From Candidatus Saccharimonadota bacterium (GTDB taxonomy: Bacteria; Patescibacteriota; Saccharimonadia; Saccharimonadales; Saccharimonadaceae): a DNA stretch of 32,000 bases. The notes below the pieces were generated by a model that saw nothing but the letters and a program-made list of their open reading frames with translations, had not been told where the DNA came from and did no database searches. Position 1 is the first letter of the stretch; every line of letters begins with the position of its first letter. Shown here piece by piece: positions 15,895-25,195 of the stretch. The translations under genes and the position numbers were made by a program. The stretch covers positions 150,001 to 182,000 of the forward strand of contig JBDSDX010000001.1 in assembly GCA_039920285.1 (NCBI GenBank), written 5' to 3'.

Positions 15895-18254
15895 AACTCT
15901 TTTTTTCCTCTGTCTTTACGACGTAAGTTCAGTGTGTATAGTAGCAAAATTATTGTTATTAATACAGTCACACCAGATAGGATAAAACCTATTGTGGCGA
16001 TGGCTGGTCGATAGTTTAGTGTAATCACATGATGGCCGCTAGGTATATCTAATGCCGAGAAGTCATAATACGCTGACTGTAAAGTGAGTGTGCTACCATC
16101 GTCAATCTGTACCGACCAGTCTTTGTTAAATGTCTGTGCAATGAAAACCAATCCTCCTGTCGACGACTGAGTCGTGATCGTTAGCGAGTTTGCAGTACGG
16201 GTATACGTTAATGATGAAGATGTATCTGCGATAGAGTGATTACCTTCAATGAGTACTTCGTGATAGCCAACTGAACCAGATTTAATTGTCTCCAGTTGAG
16301 CATCTGTTGATTCGTTATTTATTGAACTTGCGAAGTATACGGATGGTGTTGGGACATCTGCTTTGTATACGTTTGGAGATACCTCACGATAACCATCTTT
16401 GGGAGCTTTATTTATGGTGTATTCGACACCTAGGTTTTTGAAAAGCGTCGGTTTATCAACAGTATTTATGATGAGTGCATTATCGCGGTATACGTGCGGG
16501 GTAGAATTTGGATAGTTAATAGCCTGGGTTCTGGGAAGTAACGAAGTCGAGTAGAGAGAGTCGTATCCACTTAAAAGCGACACACCGTAGAGTCCTGATT
16601 CTTGTGGACCTATGTAATCAACAATTGTCGGATCCTTATTAGACTGGGAGGAAATGTACGCCAATTGAGCATTTCCAGCATGCAGTATTGAGTCTGATAC
16701 GATCGGTTGAGAAACTCTATAGAGAGCCCAACCTTGTACAAGCGAGACGGCGACGATTGTAAGTACGAAGAACAGGCGGGCAAATTTTACACGACGTAGG
16801 AGTACATAGAAGATAAGTGTCGCACAAATAATGAAATAGTACGCGTGGTAATAATTTTTACTGAGGTTGTCGACGATACTCAAATTTATCTGGGCGAGAG
16901 ATAGTGCAATGGTTGCAAGAAGTGGAATAACAAGTACGAATGCGGGATATTTGTTTTTTGATTGTAACTTCCCTTTTCTAAAAATAAACTTTATGACAAA
17001 GTCTAATCCAAAAGCCGCAAGAACTGCCATAGCAAGGAGGCCTATAGGTAAGAAATAGTCTGACGCAAGCGACTTAAGAGTTGGGGATAGAATATTAAGT
17101 ATAGTTTGTGGAAAGTCGTTCCACTTCCAAAAAGCGCCGAGTATAAACAGGAATATAAAGAGATGTATTACCGTCGGCTTGCGAGCTTTTATTAAAGTGG
17201 TAACTGCAATGATCATCGCTATGATGAAGAAGATACCGGGAATTTGACCGACATGAAGATCGCGTCTTGTCGTTGTTCCTATGGTTGTAGGACCTGAAGC
17301 GAGAGGGTATGCTTGTGGTATTTTGGCGATTTCACTTAATCGATCACTCCAGTTTGCTGGTGGTTCGGCTGTTATGGTGGCCGATCTGTGGCTAGCTGGC
17401 GTTTGTGTTATAAGGGGGCCTAGTTGGGCAAAGCCTATCATAAGAGCGAGTATAGCGGCGCCGGAAATAAACAAGATGTTTTTTCCTCTTAACTTATTAA
17501 AGAGTATGTCGAATAGTACTGCCACTGCCAGTACGATGTATGGGAGAAGAGCAATTTGGATATGACCCATGAAAATGACTAATCCCAAAGTAAGGCTTAA
17601 GAGGACGAGATTATGGTCGAGAGTTTTTCTCGACTCTCGCCATCGGTAATACAGATATAAGACAAACGGGATTGAAGCCATCGGAATCGCAATGACTCCG
17701 TAGAGAGACCAGAATATAGAAAATGGCGCAAGGCTGTAAGCAACCGCTCCAAGGAAACCTGCACCGGCGGATGTTTTTAGCTGACGAAGTAAAAGATAAG
17801 TACAGCTTGCCATAAGGAATATACCGATAATCACGATGATGTTTTGATATGTATAAATACTTACAAAGAAGAGCAAGACATTAAACGGTGATAGAACTGT
17901 GTTTATTGGATTTGCGAGGAATACATCACCCCCAAAAGATTTTGTATTCCATAGAGGTATTTCAGCGTGTTTAACGAGAGAGTCTTTAATATACTGTCTG
18001 AACGGAAGCATTTGCTGATTGACGTCTGAGGGGATTTTAGCAATGACACTGCCAGTAGTGTTTGAAGTATCCCAGCCACTTAAAATGTTGAGAGGAGCGA
18101 TAATACTATGCGTTACCGAGACATAGATCATGAAAGGGAGGGTAATGATGAGGCCTACAAGAGCTGCTTGCGTTAGTTTGTTCTTTGCGACAAAATTAGT
18201 AAACTTCTTTATGAAGTTGTTTAGAATAGGTAATGTGTTTTTACCAGGCTTCAT
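15891..18254 (-). CDS. YfhO-like polytopic membrane glycosyltransferase (GT-C fold family)
   Basis: 787 aa with many TM segments. N-terminal [36 protein letters not shown]. The C-terminal extracytoplasmic region followed by a last TM resembles YfhO ([18 protein letters not shown]...[15 protein letters not shown]). Confidence 0.7.
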   Translation of the reverse strand: MKPGKNTLPILNNFIKKFTNFVAKNKLTQAALVGLIITLPFMIYVSVTHSIIAPLNILSGWDTSNTTGSVIAKIPSDVNQQMLPFRQYIKDSLVKHAEIPLWNTKSFGGDVFLANPINTVLSPFNVLLFFVSIYTYQNIIVIIGIFLMASCTYLLLRQLKTSAGAGFLGAVAYSLAPFSIFWSLYGVIAIPMASIPFVLYLYYRWRESRKTLDHNLVLLSLTLGLVIFMGHIQIALLPYIVLAVAVLFDILFNKLRGKNILFISGAAILALMIGFAQLGPLITQTPASHRSATITAEPPANWSDRLSEIAKIPQAYPLASGPTTIGTTTRRDLHVGQIPGIFFIIAMIIAVTTLIKARKPTVIHLFIFLFILGAFWKWNDFPQTILNILSPTLKSLASDYFLPIGLLAMAVLAAFGLDFVIKFIFRKGKLQSKNKYPAFVLVIPLLATIALSLAQINLSIVDNLSKNYYHAYYFIICATLIFYVLLRRVKFARLFFVLTIVAVSLVQGWALYRVSQPIVSDSILHAGNAQLAYISSQSNKDPTIVDYIGPQESGLYGVSLLSGYDSLYSTSLLPRTQAINYPNSTPHVYRDNALIINTVDKPTLFKNLGVEYTINKAPKDGYREVSPNVYKADVPTPSVYFASSINNESTDAQLETIKSGSVGYHEVLIEGNHSIADTSSSLTYTRTANSLTITTQSSTGGLVFIAQTFNKDWSVQIDDGSTLTLQSAYYDFSALDIPSGHHVITLNYRPAIATIGFILSGVTVLITIILLLYTLNLRRKDRGKKEL

Positions 18255-19293
18255 CGGTCTCAGTAAGAGGATATCGTTTTTGATTAATCTTAGATTTCAG
18301 CACCAAGGCTTTCGACTCGATGAAATGCCATGATAAGGCTGCTGTGGCAAGTGTTAACACTAAACTAAGAACGAACATTTTATATGGATTTGGTGTATGA
18401 GTTACAGACTCGATCATTTGTTGAATTGGAAATGCATAGATGTATGTACCGTACGAGAGATCGCCTATACGTTCACTTAAGCTACTAAATAAACTATGCC
18501 TACCAATACTGAAGATTGCGTACGCGAGGAATAGAGATGCGAAGAGTGGCGCAAACTTAGGGAAGAGTAATGTTGCGCCAATAAATACAACAAGTGAGAC
18601 AACTCCTAATTTTGTATTAAGTTTGATCTTTTTTTCATATTTATGCATCATTACACCAGAGAAGTAGACTAGCGCGAATATGAGGAACTGACTAAAGGTA
18701 AGATAGAATAGCGATTGATTAAGTATAGGGTTTCCATTTATGAGGACGACTAGTACTGCGATAAATAAGAATACCCAGAAGTAGAGTGGTTTAATCCTCT
18801 TGTAGAGCTTCAAAACCCCAATAATAGCAACGGCGATGTACATAGTAAACTCATAGCAGAGTGTCCATATCGATCCATTTACTGCACCTGGATAAACGTT
18901 GTCGGTGAAGACCCCTGGCAGTGTAAACGTATTATTGTAGAGGAAGATATTATTAAGATAGCCCCATGTTTCTTGACTGAGTAAGAATTGTTTCAATGGG
19001 ACGGTCGTGAAAAATAGCCCGGTAACGGCAATTGTCACCAGTATGGCGACTATAAGACCAGGAAAAATACGTAGTGCACGTTTTGCAAAGAAAACATTAA
19101 ATCGAGGGTATTGCTCCCATGATTTTGAAATGAGATACCCACTAAGAATAAAGAAAATCCATACTCCAACAGCGCCGAGGCTTACGAGTTTTGCCGCTGG
19201 TTCTGGCTGACCTGTGAGCGCGAATGAGTGACTAAAGATAACAAGAATAGCGGCGAATAGCCTAATGGCATCAAATGAGTTTTTCCTAGTCAT
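18241..19293 (-). CDS. Acyltransferase family 3 membrane protein (putative glycan O-acetyltransferase)
   Basis: FDAIRLFAAILVIFSHSF motif and about 10 TM segments. I prefer ATG 19293 (MTRKNSFDAIR...) because a TATAAT box sits 7 nt upstream. The ORF-track start at 19416 would overlap aclB by about 85 nt. Confidence 0.8.
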   Translation of the reverse strand: MTRKNSFDAIRLFAAILVIFSHSFALTGQPEPAAKLVSLGAVGVWIFFILSGYLISKSWEQYPRFNVFFAKRALRIFPGLIVAILVTIAVTGLFFTTVPLKQFLLSQETWGYLNNIFLYNNTFTLPGVFTDNVYPGAVNGSIWTLCYEFTMYIAVAIIGVLKLYKRIKPLYFWVFLFIAVLVVLINGNPILNQSLFYLTFSQFLIFALVYFSGVMMHKYEKKIKLNTKLGVVSLVVFIGATLLFPKFAPLFASLFLAYAIFSIGRHSLFSSLSERIGDLSYGTYIYAFPIQQMIESVTHTPNPYKMFVLSLVLTLATAALSWHFIESKALVLKSKINQKRYPLTETDEAW

Positions 19294-19300
19294 TGAACTC

Positions 19301-19306
19301 ATTATA
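19301..19306 (-). promoter_or_regulatory. -10 box TATAAT, 7 nt upstream of the acyltransferase ATG (leaderless geometry)
   Basis: The minus strand reads tgtaTATAATgagttcaATG. Confidence 0.5.
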
Positions 19307-19314
19307 TACATAGA

Positions 19315-19323
19315 TGCTAAAAT
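19315..19323 (+). promoter_or_regulatory. Extended -10 TGCTAAAAT, 7 nt upstream of the aclB ATG (leaderless geometry)
   Basis: The plus strand reads gaTGCTAAAATaagggacATG, with the ATG at 19331. Confidence 0.5.
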
Positions 19324-19330
19324 AAGGGAC

Positions 19331-20500
19331 ATGCCAAGGAGAAAAATTTCTGAGTTCCGTTCCAAAACTATGGTTAACGACGTATTGGGTATGACGTATG
19401 TTGGGTGGAGTGTCAATAGTAGTACAAATCTTGACGTGATTACTGGTTATGATACATATGTTGTTAAAGTTGACCAGGCCGTAAAGGGAAGGTTTAAAAA
19501 AGGCCTCGTAGTCCTTGATGTATCAAAATCAAAACTCAATGATGCAGTAAAGACACTGAGAGATCAGGGTTACGAATTACTGCTTGTTGAACCTTTTTTC
19601 GAACATGAAGATCTTCAGGAGCGTTACATTGCGATAACTCAAAGTAGAGATGGTATTGCAGTGAGTATTAGTGCGAACGGTGGTGTTGATGTCGAAAAGA
19701 ATAAGGATAGTATTCACGCCTACACTATTAGTGATGAACTCGATTGGAACCTATTATCTAAAGAGTCGCAATTCTCTGTTGAACAATTAAAAAATCTTGT
19801 TGAGCTTTTTACGGCCGAGTACCTTACGTTTCTTGAGATCAATCCTTATGTTGTCACTACTAGCGCAGTGCAAATCCTAGACGTAGCTATGGAAGTTGAT
19901 GATGCTGGACTACATTTTGTGAACCTATGGACCGAGAAGGATATTCGTAACCCTCGATCGATGAATAGTTATACACAAGAGGACGTGGTTAAATCGCTTG
20001 ATCGCGAATCCTCCTCTTCGTTTAACTTGAGCGTCCTCAATCCAAACGGTTCGATTTTCCTCCTTCTTTCAGGCGGTGGTGCCAGTGTGGTTATTGCAGA
20101 TGAGATTTACAACTTGGGACTGGGTGACCAACTCGCTAATTACGGCGAGTATAGTGGCAACCCGAATACTCACGAAACATATCTATATGCTCAGCAACTA
20201 CTTTCATTAATTGCCGGTTCATCGGCGCCAAGGAAAGTGTTATTTATTGGTGGCGCTGCGGCGAATTTCACAGATATAGCTAACACTTTTGCTGGGATTA
20301 TTCTTGCGATCGATGAGCAAGCCGAATCACTTTGTAATGAAGGTGTAAAAGTGTACGTTAGACGCGGCGGGCCTCGCCAAAAGATTGGGTTAGCAAGAAT
20401 TGAAAAGACATTGAAGGAGCATGATTTATTTGGTGGTGTATATGATCCTACGACGTCAATTAGCGATGCCGTGAAGATTGCTTTAACGGAGCTTGAATGA
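19331..20500 (+). CDS. aclB: ATP-citrate lyase, beta (small) subunit: ATP-grasp plus citrate-binding domain
   Basis: 389 aa from ATG 19331 (MPRRKISEFRSK...). Blocks colinear with the human ACLY N-terminal half as I recall it: VVKVDQAVKGRFKKGLV, LLVEPFFEH, GGVDVEKN, YLTFLEINPYVVT, LSVLNPNGSIFLLLSGGGASVV, LANYGEYSGNPN, FIGGAAANFTDIANTF, VYVRRGGP. The stop overlaps the aclA ATG (ATGA). Confidence 0.9.
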   Translation: MPRRKISEFRSKTMVNDVLGMTYVGWSVNSSTNLDVITGYDTYVVKVDQAVKGRFKKGLVVLDVSKSKLNDAVKTLRDQGYELLLVEPFFEHEDLQERYIAITQSRDGIAVSISANGGVDVEKNKDSIHAYTISDELDWNLLSKESQFSVEQLKNLVELFTAEYLTFLEINPYVVTTSAVQILDVAMEVDDAGLHFVNLWTEKDIRNPRSMNSYTQEDVVKSLDRESSSSFNLSVLNPNGSIFLLLSGGGASVVIADEIYNLGLGDQLANYGEYSGNPNTHETYLYAQQLLSLIAGSSAPRKVLFIGGAAANFTDIANTFAGIILAIDEQAESLCNEGVKVYVRRGGPRQKIGLARIEKTLKEHDLFGGVYDPTTSISDAVKIALTELE

Positions 20501-22269
20501 TGATATCTATTGAGTCACTACGAAACAAGACAGCTCGAATTATTAGCCTAGGATCACATGCCGGAATTATTCAGTCAATCTTAGATTATGATTATCTTGT
20601 CGGAAAACAAACCCCAAGCGTCATTGCAATTGTCGCGAACGGACGCAAACAAGAGCGCTATTTTTGGGGCCAGAATGAGGTTATTATTCCGGTGGTTCCA
20701 AACCTAGAGCTACTAACTGATGCGCAGTTGAATGAATGTACGGCTATCATCAATGTTCAGTCGGCGCGGCGAGTACTATCTTCTACAAAGCGGGCATTAG
20801 ACCTATTGCCTAATATTTCTGTACTGACGATATTCGCAGAACAGACGCCGGAACAGCATGCACTTGAACTTATAAAAATAGCAGCTACGAGAGATATTCT
20901 TATGGTCGGACCTTCATCGGTGGGGTTGCTAATTCCCGGCGTGTTGAAACTAGGTGCAATTGGGGGGACGCAACATGAACAGCTTTCATCAGCGGGCATT
21001 TTTGATGCCGGCGATACTGCTGTCGTGTCAACATCGGGGGGTATCGTGAACGAACTGATTCTAACTGTCACAGGATCAGGGTTAGGTATTTCTTTTGCTA
21101 TAGCTCTTGGCGGTGACAGATTCCCAATAACGAGTCCGATTGATGCGATGCGACTTGCTGAGAGTGATCCTCTGACGAAACGAATAGTGTTCTTCGGCGA
21201 ACTTGGTGGAACTGACGAATATGAGATAGCGAAAAGCATCAAATCAGGCGAGATCACAAAGCAAGTCGTTGTCTACATTGCCGGTACAGTTGCTGAGCTG
21301 TTCGATAATCCACCGCAGTTTGGCCATGCAAAAGCTATCGCACAGATTCAAGACGAATCGGCTTCTGCTAAGAAAAATGTCTTATCATTAGCTGGAGCTA
21401 CTATCTGTAATACGTTTGCAGATATATCAAAAATACTTAGAGATGAGAAAGAGAAGCCACATCATATGACACAAAATTCAATTGGTCCACGTAAACACGC
21501 TATGATTGTCAGTCATATATCGGGCGACAAGGACAATGAACTCCAACTCATTGGAGGTGAACTACTCGACACCGTTAACCGTAATAGCATTGCATCGTTG
21601 ACGTTATCTCTGTTATTGGGGAAGCAAGTTGAGTCAGATAAGGCGGTCCAATTTGTTGATTTCGTACTGCGACTATTAGTTGACCACGGTCCGTATGTAT
21701 CGGGTGCATTAAATACGATTGTCGCAGCGCGTGCTGGCAAGGATCTTGTATCAAGTGTCGTCGCTGGATTATTGACGATTGGTCCACGCTTTGGAGGAGC
21801 AATTAATAGCGCAGGTGAGAGCTGGCTCCGGGGTGTAACAGAGGGAGTAACTGCTGAAGACTTTGTTGAGTCGTTTAAGGATGCGGGAGGGGTTATATCT
21901 GGTATTGGACACAAAAAATATCGAACCGATCTTCCTGACCCACGTGTCGATGCTTTGAAGAAATACGGAGGAAACTCTAACGGTGATCGTTACTTAAAGT
22001 TCGCGCTTGAGGTAGAGGCGGTGACAACCGCAAAGAAGTCAAACCTTATTCTTAACGTTGATGGCGTTATTGCAGCGATTATGTTAGATATTCTTGAGTC
22101 TGAATTGGGATATACTAAGCAGCAATTAGTTGAGTTGGTTGAAATAGAATTCTTCAATGCACTATTTGTCTTAAGTCGATCAGTTGGCTTTACGGCGCAT
22201 TATCTTGATCAGAAACGACATGATGAAGGCCTGCTACGATTATCTGAAGATGACGTACGATATTTTTAG
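20497..22269 (+). CDS. aclA: ATP-citrate lyase, alpha (large) subunit: CoA-binding/CoA-ligase domains plus citryl-CoA lyase (citrate-synthase-like) domain
   Basis: 590 aa. Contains SILDYDYLVGKQTPSV, MVGPSSVGLLIPG, VSTSGGIVNEL, ALGGDRFP, GELGGTDEY, the phosphohistidine loop QFGHAKA, then VDHGPYVSGALNTIVAARAGKDLVSSVVAGLLTIGPRFGGA, GIGHKKY, PDPRV, LILNVDG, FVLSRSVGFTAHYLDQKR. All are colinear with ACLY/AclA. Confidence 0.9.
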   Translation: MMISIESLRNKTARIISLGSHAGIIQSILDYDYLVGKQTPSVIAIVANGRKQERYFWGQNEVIIPVVPNLELLTDAQLNECTAIINVQSARRVLSSTKRALDLLPNISVLTIFAEQTPEQHALELIKIAATRDILMVGPSSVGLLIPGVLKLGAIGGTQHEQLSSAGIFDAGDTAVVSTSGGIVNELILTVTGSGLGISFAIALGGDRFPITSPIDAMRLAESDPLTKRIVFFGELGGTDEYEIAKSIKSGEITKQVVVYIAGTVAELFDNPPQFGHAKAIAQIQDESASAKKNVLSLAGATICNTFADISKILRDEKEKPHHMTQNSIGPRKHAMIVSHISGDKDNELQLIGGELLDTVNRNSIASLTLSLLLGKQVESDKAVQFVDFVLRLLVDHGPYVSGALNTIVAARAGKDLVSSVVAGLLTIGPRFGGAINSAGESWLRGVTEGVTAEDFVESFKDAGGVISGIGHKKYRTDLPDPRVDALKKYGGNSNGDRYLKFALEVEAVTTAKKSNLILNVDGVIAAIMLDILESELGYTKQQLVELVEIEFFNALFVLSRSVGFTAHYLDQKRHDEGLLRLSEDDVRYF

Positions 22270-23687
22270 TTAGTTGTTGAAAGGTATGATGTTAGTGCCT
22301 CATCCCAGTTTCTAGGGTGGTAACCTGTTGATTGAATTTTCTTTAGATCAAGAGTGCTTCGTTGGGGACGAGGTGAAACCGGTACGCCGTCTTTTTGTTT
22401 CTTTTCAACAAATGCTTCAGTCGTTTGTGTACTCACACGTTTTGGATCGTTGCCTGTTAGCTCAAACACTTTTTGTGCGAGCTCATACCAACTAACAACA
22501 GGTCCGTCATTTGTAAGATTATAAATGCCATACATTGCCTTGATGTCGAGAAGATGTCTAATTCCTTTTACAATATCTTCTGTAAAGCTTGGACGACCAA
22601 ATTGATCATCGACAACGTCAGGGTTAATGCCATCTTCAGCAAGTTTTTTCATCGTCCTCACGAAATTATTTCCATCGCCGATAACCCATGATGTTCGAAT
22701 AATGTAGTGTTTCGGTGAAGATGCGACGGCAATATCACCCGCCGCTTTTGATTGGCCGTATACCCCAAGCGGGGAATACTCCTCTGTTTCAGTATGAGTG
22801 TCTTGTGTACCGTCGAAAACATAATCGCTTGAAATATGAATGAGTGTCAGATCATTTTCAGTTGCGAGTTTTGAGAGATTTTTTAGAGCAGATGCGTTTA
22901 TGTTCCAGGCATCTTTACGACCCTCATTTGTTTCTGCACTATCCACTTTCGTATACGCACCCGCGTTAATAATAGTGCTATATTGTCGCCAGTTTCGGTC
23001 ACCCCATGTACTTTGGTCTGAGATATCAAAGCTAGATCGATCAACGAATTCGGCTCCTGAAAACTCAGACTGTAACGCCCTACCGAGTTGACCATTAGCT
23101 CCAGTGATAAGGATCTTACGGGGTTCTATTCGCGTGATATCGGCGAGGAATGGATGGTTCTTATCCTTTTCTGAAAGTTCAGCCTCGTCTAATGGGATAG
23201 GCCAATCAATAGCAATGGTTGTATCTGCAAGATTAAGAAAAGCATAATTCTCACCACCAAGTACCCAGTGATCATTAACGAGGTATGAGTAGACTGTCTC
23301 GTCTTCGAGTGCTTGAAAGGCATTTCCAACACCACGTGGTACGAAGATAGATTTACTCGGGTCAATCTCTAGCGTGAACGTCTGACCATAGCTATCTCCT
23401 TTACGAAGATCGGTCCATGCACCAAAGATTTTTCCTGCCGCCACGGACACATATTTATCCCATGGCTCTGCGTGAATTCCTCGTGTCGTTCCACGCATTG
23501 CGTTGAAGGATATATTGTTCTGAAGAGGTTTAAAATCGGTAAGTCCTAGTGCAACCATTTTTTCGCGTTGCCAGTTTTCTTTAAACCAGCCACGATTGTC
23601 ACCTAAGACAGAGAGATCAAGCCAAACGAGGCCGGGTATATTCGTTTGGTGGAGTTGTAATTCTTTACCATACTCGATATCCGACAT
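22266..23687 (-). CDS. rmlCD: Fused dTDP-4-dehydrorhamnose 3,5-epimerase / dTDP-4-dehydrorhamnose reductase
   Basis: True start is ATG 23687 (MSDIEYGKELQ...), 1 nt after the rmlB stop. The N-terminal cupin carries NRGWFKENWQREKM (RmlC). The C-terminal SDR carries KILITGANGQLGRAL and YGQSKAAGD (RmlD). The upstream 71 codons of the ORF-track call lie inside rmlB. Confidence 0.9.
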   Translation of the reverse strand: MSDIEYGKELQLHQTNIPGLVWLDLSVLGDNRGWFKENWQREKMVALGLTDFKPLQNNISFNAMRGTTRGIHAEPWDKYVSVAAGKIFGAWTDLRKGDSYGQTFTLEIDPSKSIFVPRGVGNAFQALEDETVYSYLVNDHWVLGGENYAFLNLADTTIAIDWPIPLDEAELSEKDKNHPFLADITRIEPRKILITGANGQLGRALQSEFSGAEFVDRSSFDISDQSTWGDRNWRQYSTIINAGAYTKVDSAETNEGRKDAWNINASALKNLSKLATENDLTLIHISSDYVFDGTQDTHTETEEYSPLGVYGQSKAAGDIAVASSPKHYIIRTSWVIGDGNNFVRTMKKLAEDGINPDVVDDQFGRPSFTEDIVKGIRHLLDIKAMYGIYNLTNDGPVVSWYELAQKVFELTGNDPKRVSTQTTEAFVEKKQKDGVPVSPRPQRSTLDLKKIQSTGYHPRNWDEALTSYLSTTN

Positions 23688-23688
23688 G

Positions 23689-24690
<1,002 letters not shown>

Positions 24691-24695
24691 TTATT

Positions 24696-24704
24696 ATTAT
24701 AACA
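24696..24704 (-). promoter_or_regulatory. Extended -10 TGTTATAAT, 8 nt upstream of the rmlB ATG (leaderless geometry)
   Basis: The minus strand reads aagaatTGTTATAATaataacatATG. Confidence 0.55.
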
Positions 24705-24725
24705 ATTCTTGAGTATTTAGACTCG

Positions 24726-24734
24726 TGTTAAGAT
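24726..24734 (+). promoter_or_regulatory. Extended -10-like TGTTAAGAT, 7 nt upstream of the cytidylyltransferase ATG (leaderless geometry)
   Basis: The plus strand reads cgTGTTAAGATagatagtATG, with the ATG at 24742. Confidence 0.45.
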
Positions 24735-24741
24735 AGATAGT

Positions 24742-25194
24742 ATGAAAAGAATTATTGTCAGCGGATTTTTTAACCCACTACACGGTGGACACCTCGACTT
24801 AATTGAGGCTGCAAAAGAGATGGGTGATTATCTGATTGTCATCGTCAACAACGATATTCATCAGATGACAAAAAAAGGAAAAATTATTCTTGATGAGAAT
24901 AACCGAGCACGTCTCCTAAAATCATTGAAATATGTCGATGAAGTAATTATTGGTGTTGATCCAGAGCATCCACATTGGCCAAGCACGAAAACACTCGAAC
25001 TTATTGCTGATAAATATCCTAACGACGAGCTCATATTCTGCAACGGTGGAGATCGTCCAGACCCGAGTGCACTTCCTGGACCAGAAGCTGAGTTATGTAG
25101 AGTAAGAGGGATTGAAATGGTGTTTGGTGTAGGCGGTACAGAAAAATCTGATTCATCAACACGAATCAATCAAGCTCTTGGACACGAAGACTAA
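24742..25194 (+). CDS. Small cytidylyl/adenylyltransferase of the HxGH nucleotidyltransferase family (TagD / RfaE-domain-II-like)
   Basis: 150 aa. IIVSGFFNPLHGGHLDLIEAAKEMGDYLIVIVNND (HxGH motif) and C-terminal SDSSTRI (ISSTxIR-like). The substrate cannot be assigned from sequence. Confidence 0.7.
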   Translation: MKRIIVSGFFNPLHGGHLDLIEAAKEMGDYLIVIVNNDIHQMTKKGKIILDENNRARLLKSLKYVDEVIIGVDPEHPHWPSTKTLELIADKYPNDELIFCNGGDRPDPSALPGPEAELCRVRGIEMVFGVGGTEKSDSSTRINQALGHED

Positions 25195-25195
25195 G

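Noticed and set aside
19265-19330. N-terminal 22-codon extension of the aclB ORF (start 19265), and the long 19416 start of the acyltransferase
   Set aside because: The extensions overlap each other on opposite strands and are hydrophobic or odd. ACLY-like homology begins at MPRRKISEF (19331) and acyltransferase-3 homology at MTRKNSFDAIR (19293). Each of these starts has a -10 box 7 nt upstream.
15891-20500. Possibility of an alternative genetic code (UGA recoded, as in some CPR lineages)
   Set aside because: TGA terminates the yfhO-like gene (15891-15893) and aclB (20498-20500), exactly where homologues end and where coupled ATGA starts occur. No conserved protein here needs read-through of TGA.
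20757-21257. 166-aa minus-strand ORF inside aclA (similar cases at 21513-21914 and 21575-21802)
   Set aside because: It is entirely antisense to a very confidently identified gene. Its composition is P/S/R-rich and low-complexity, typical of shadow ORFs, and it has no start-site signals.
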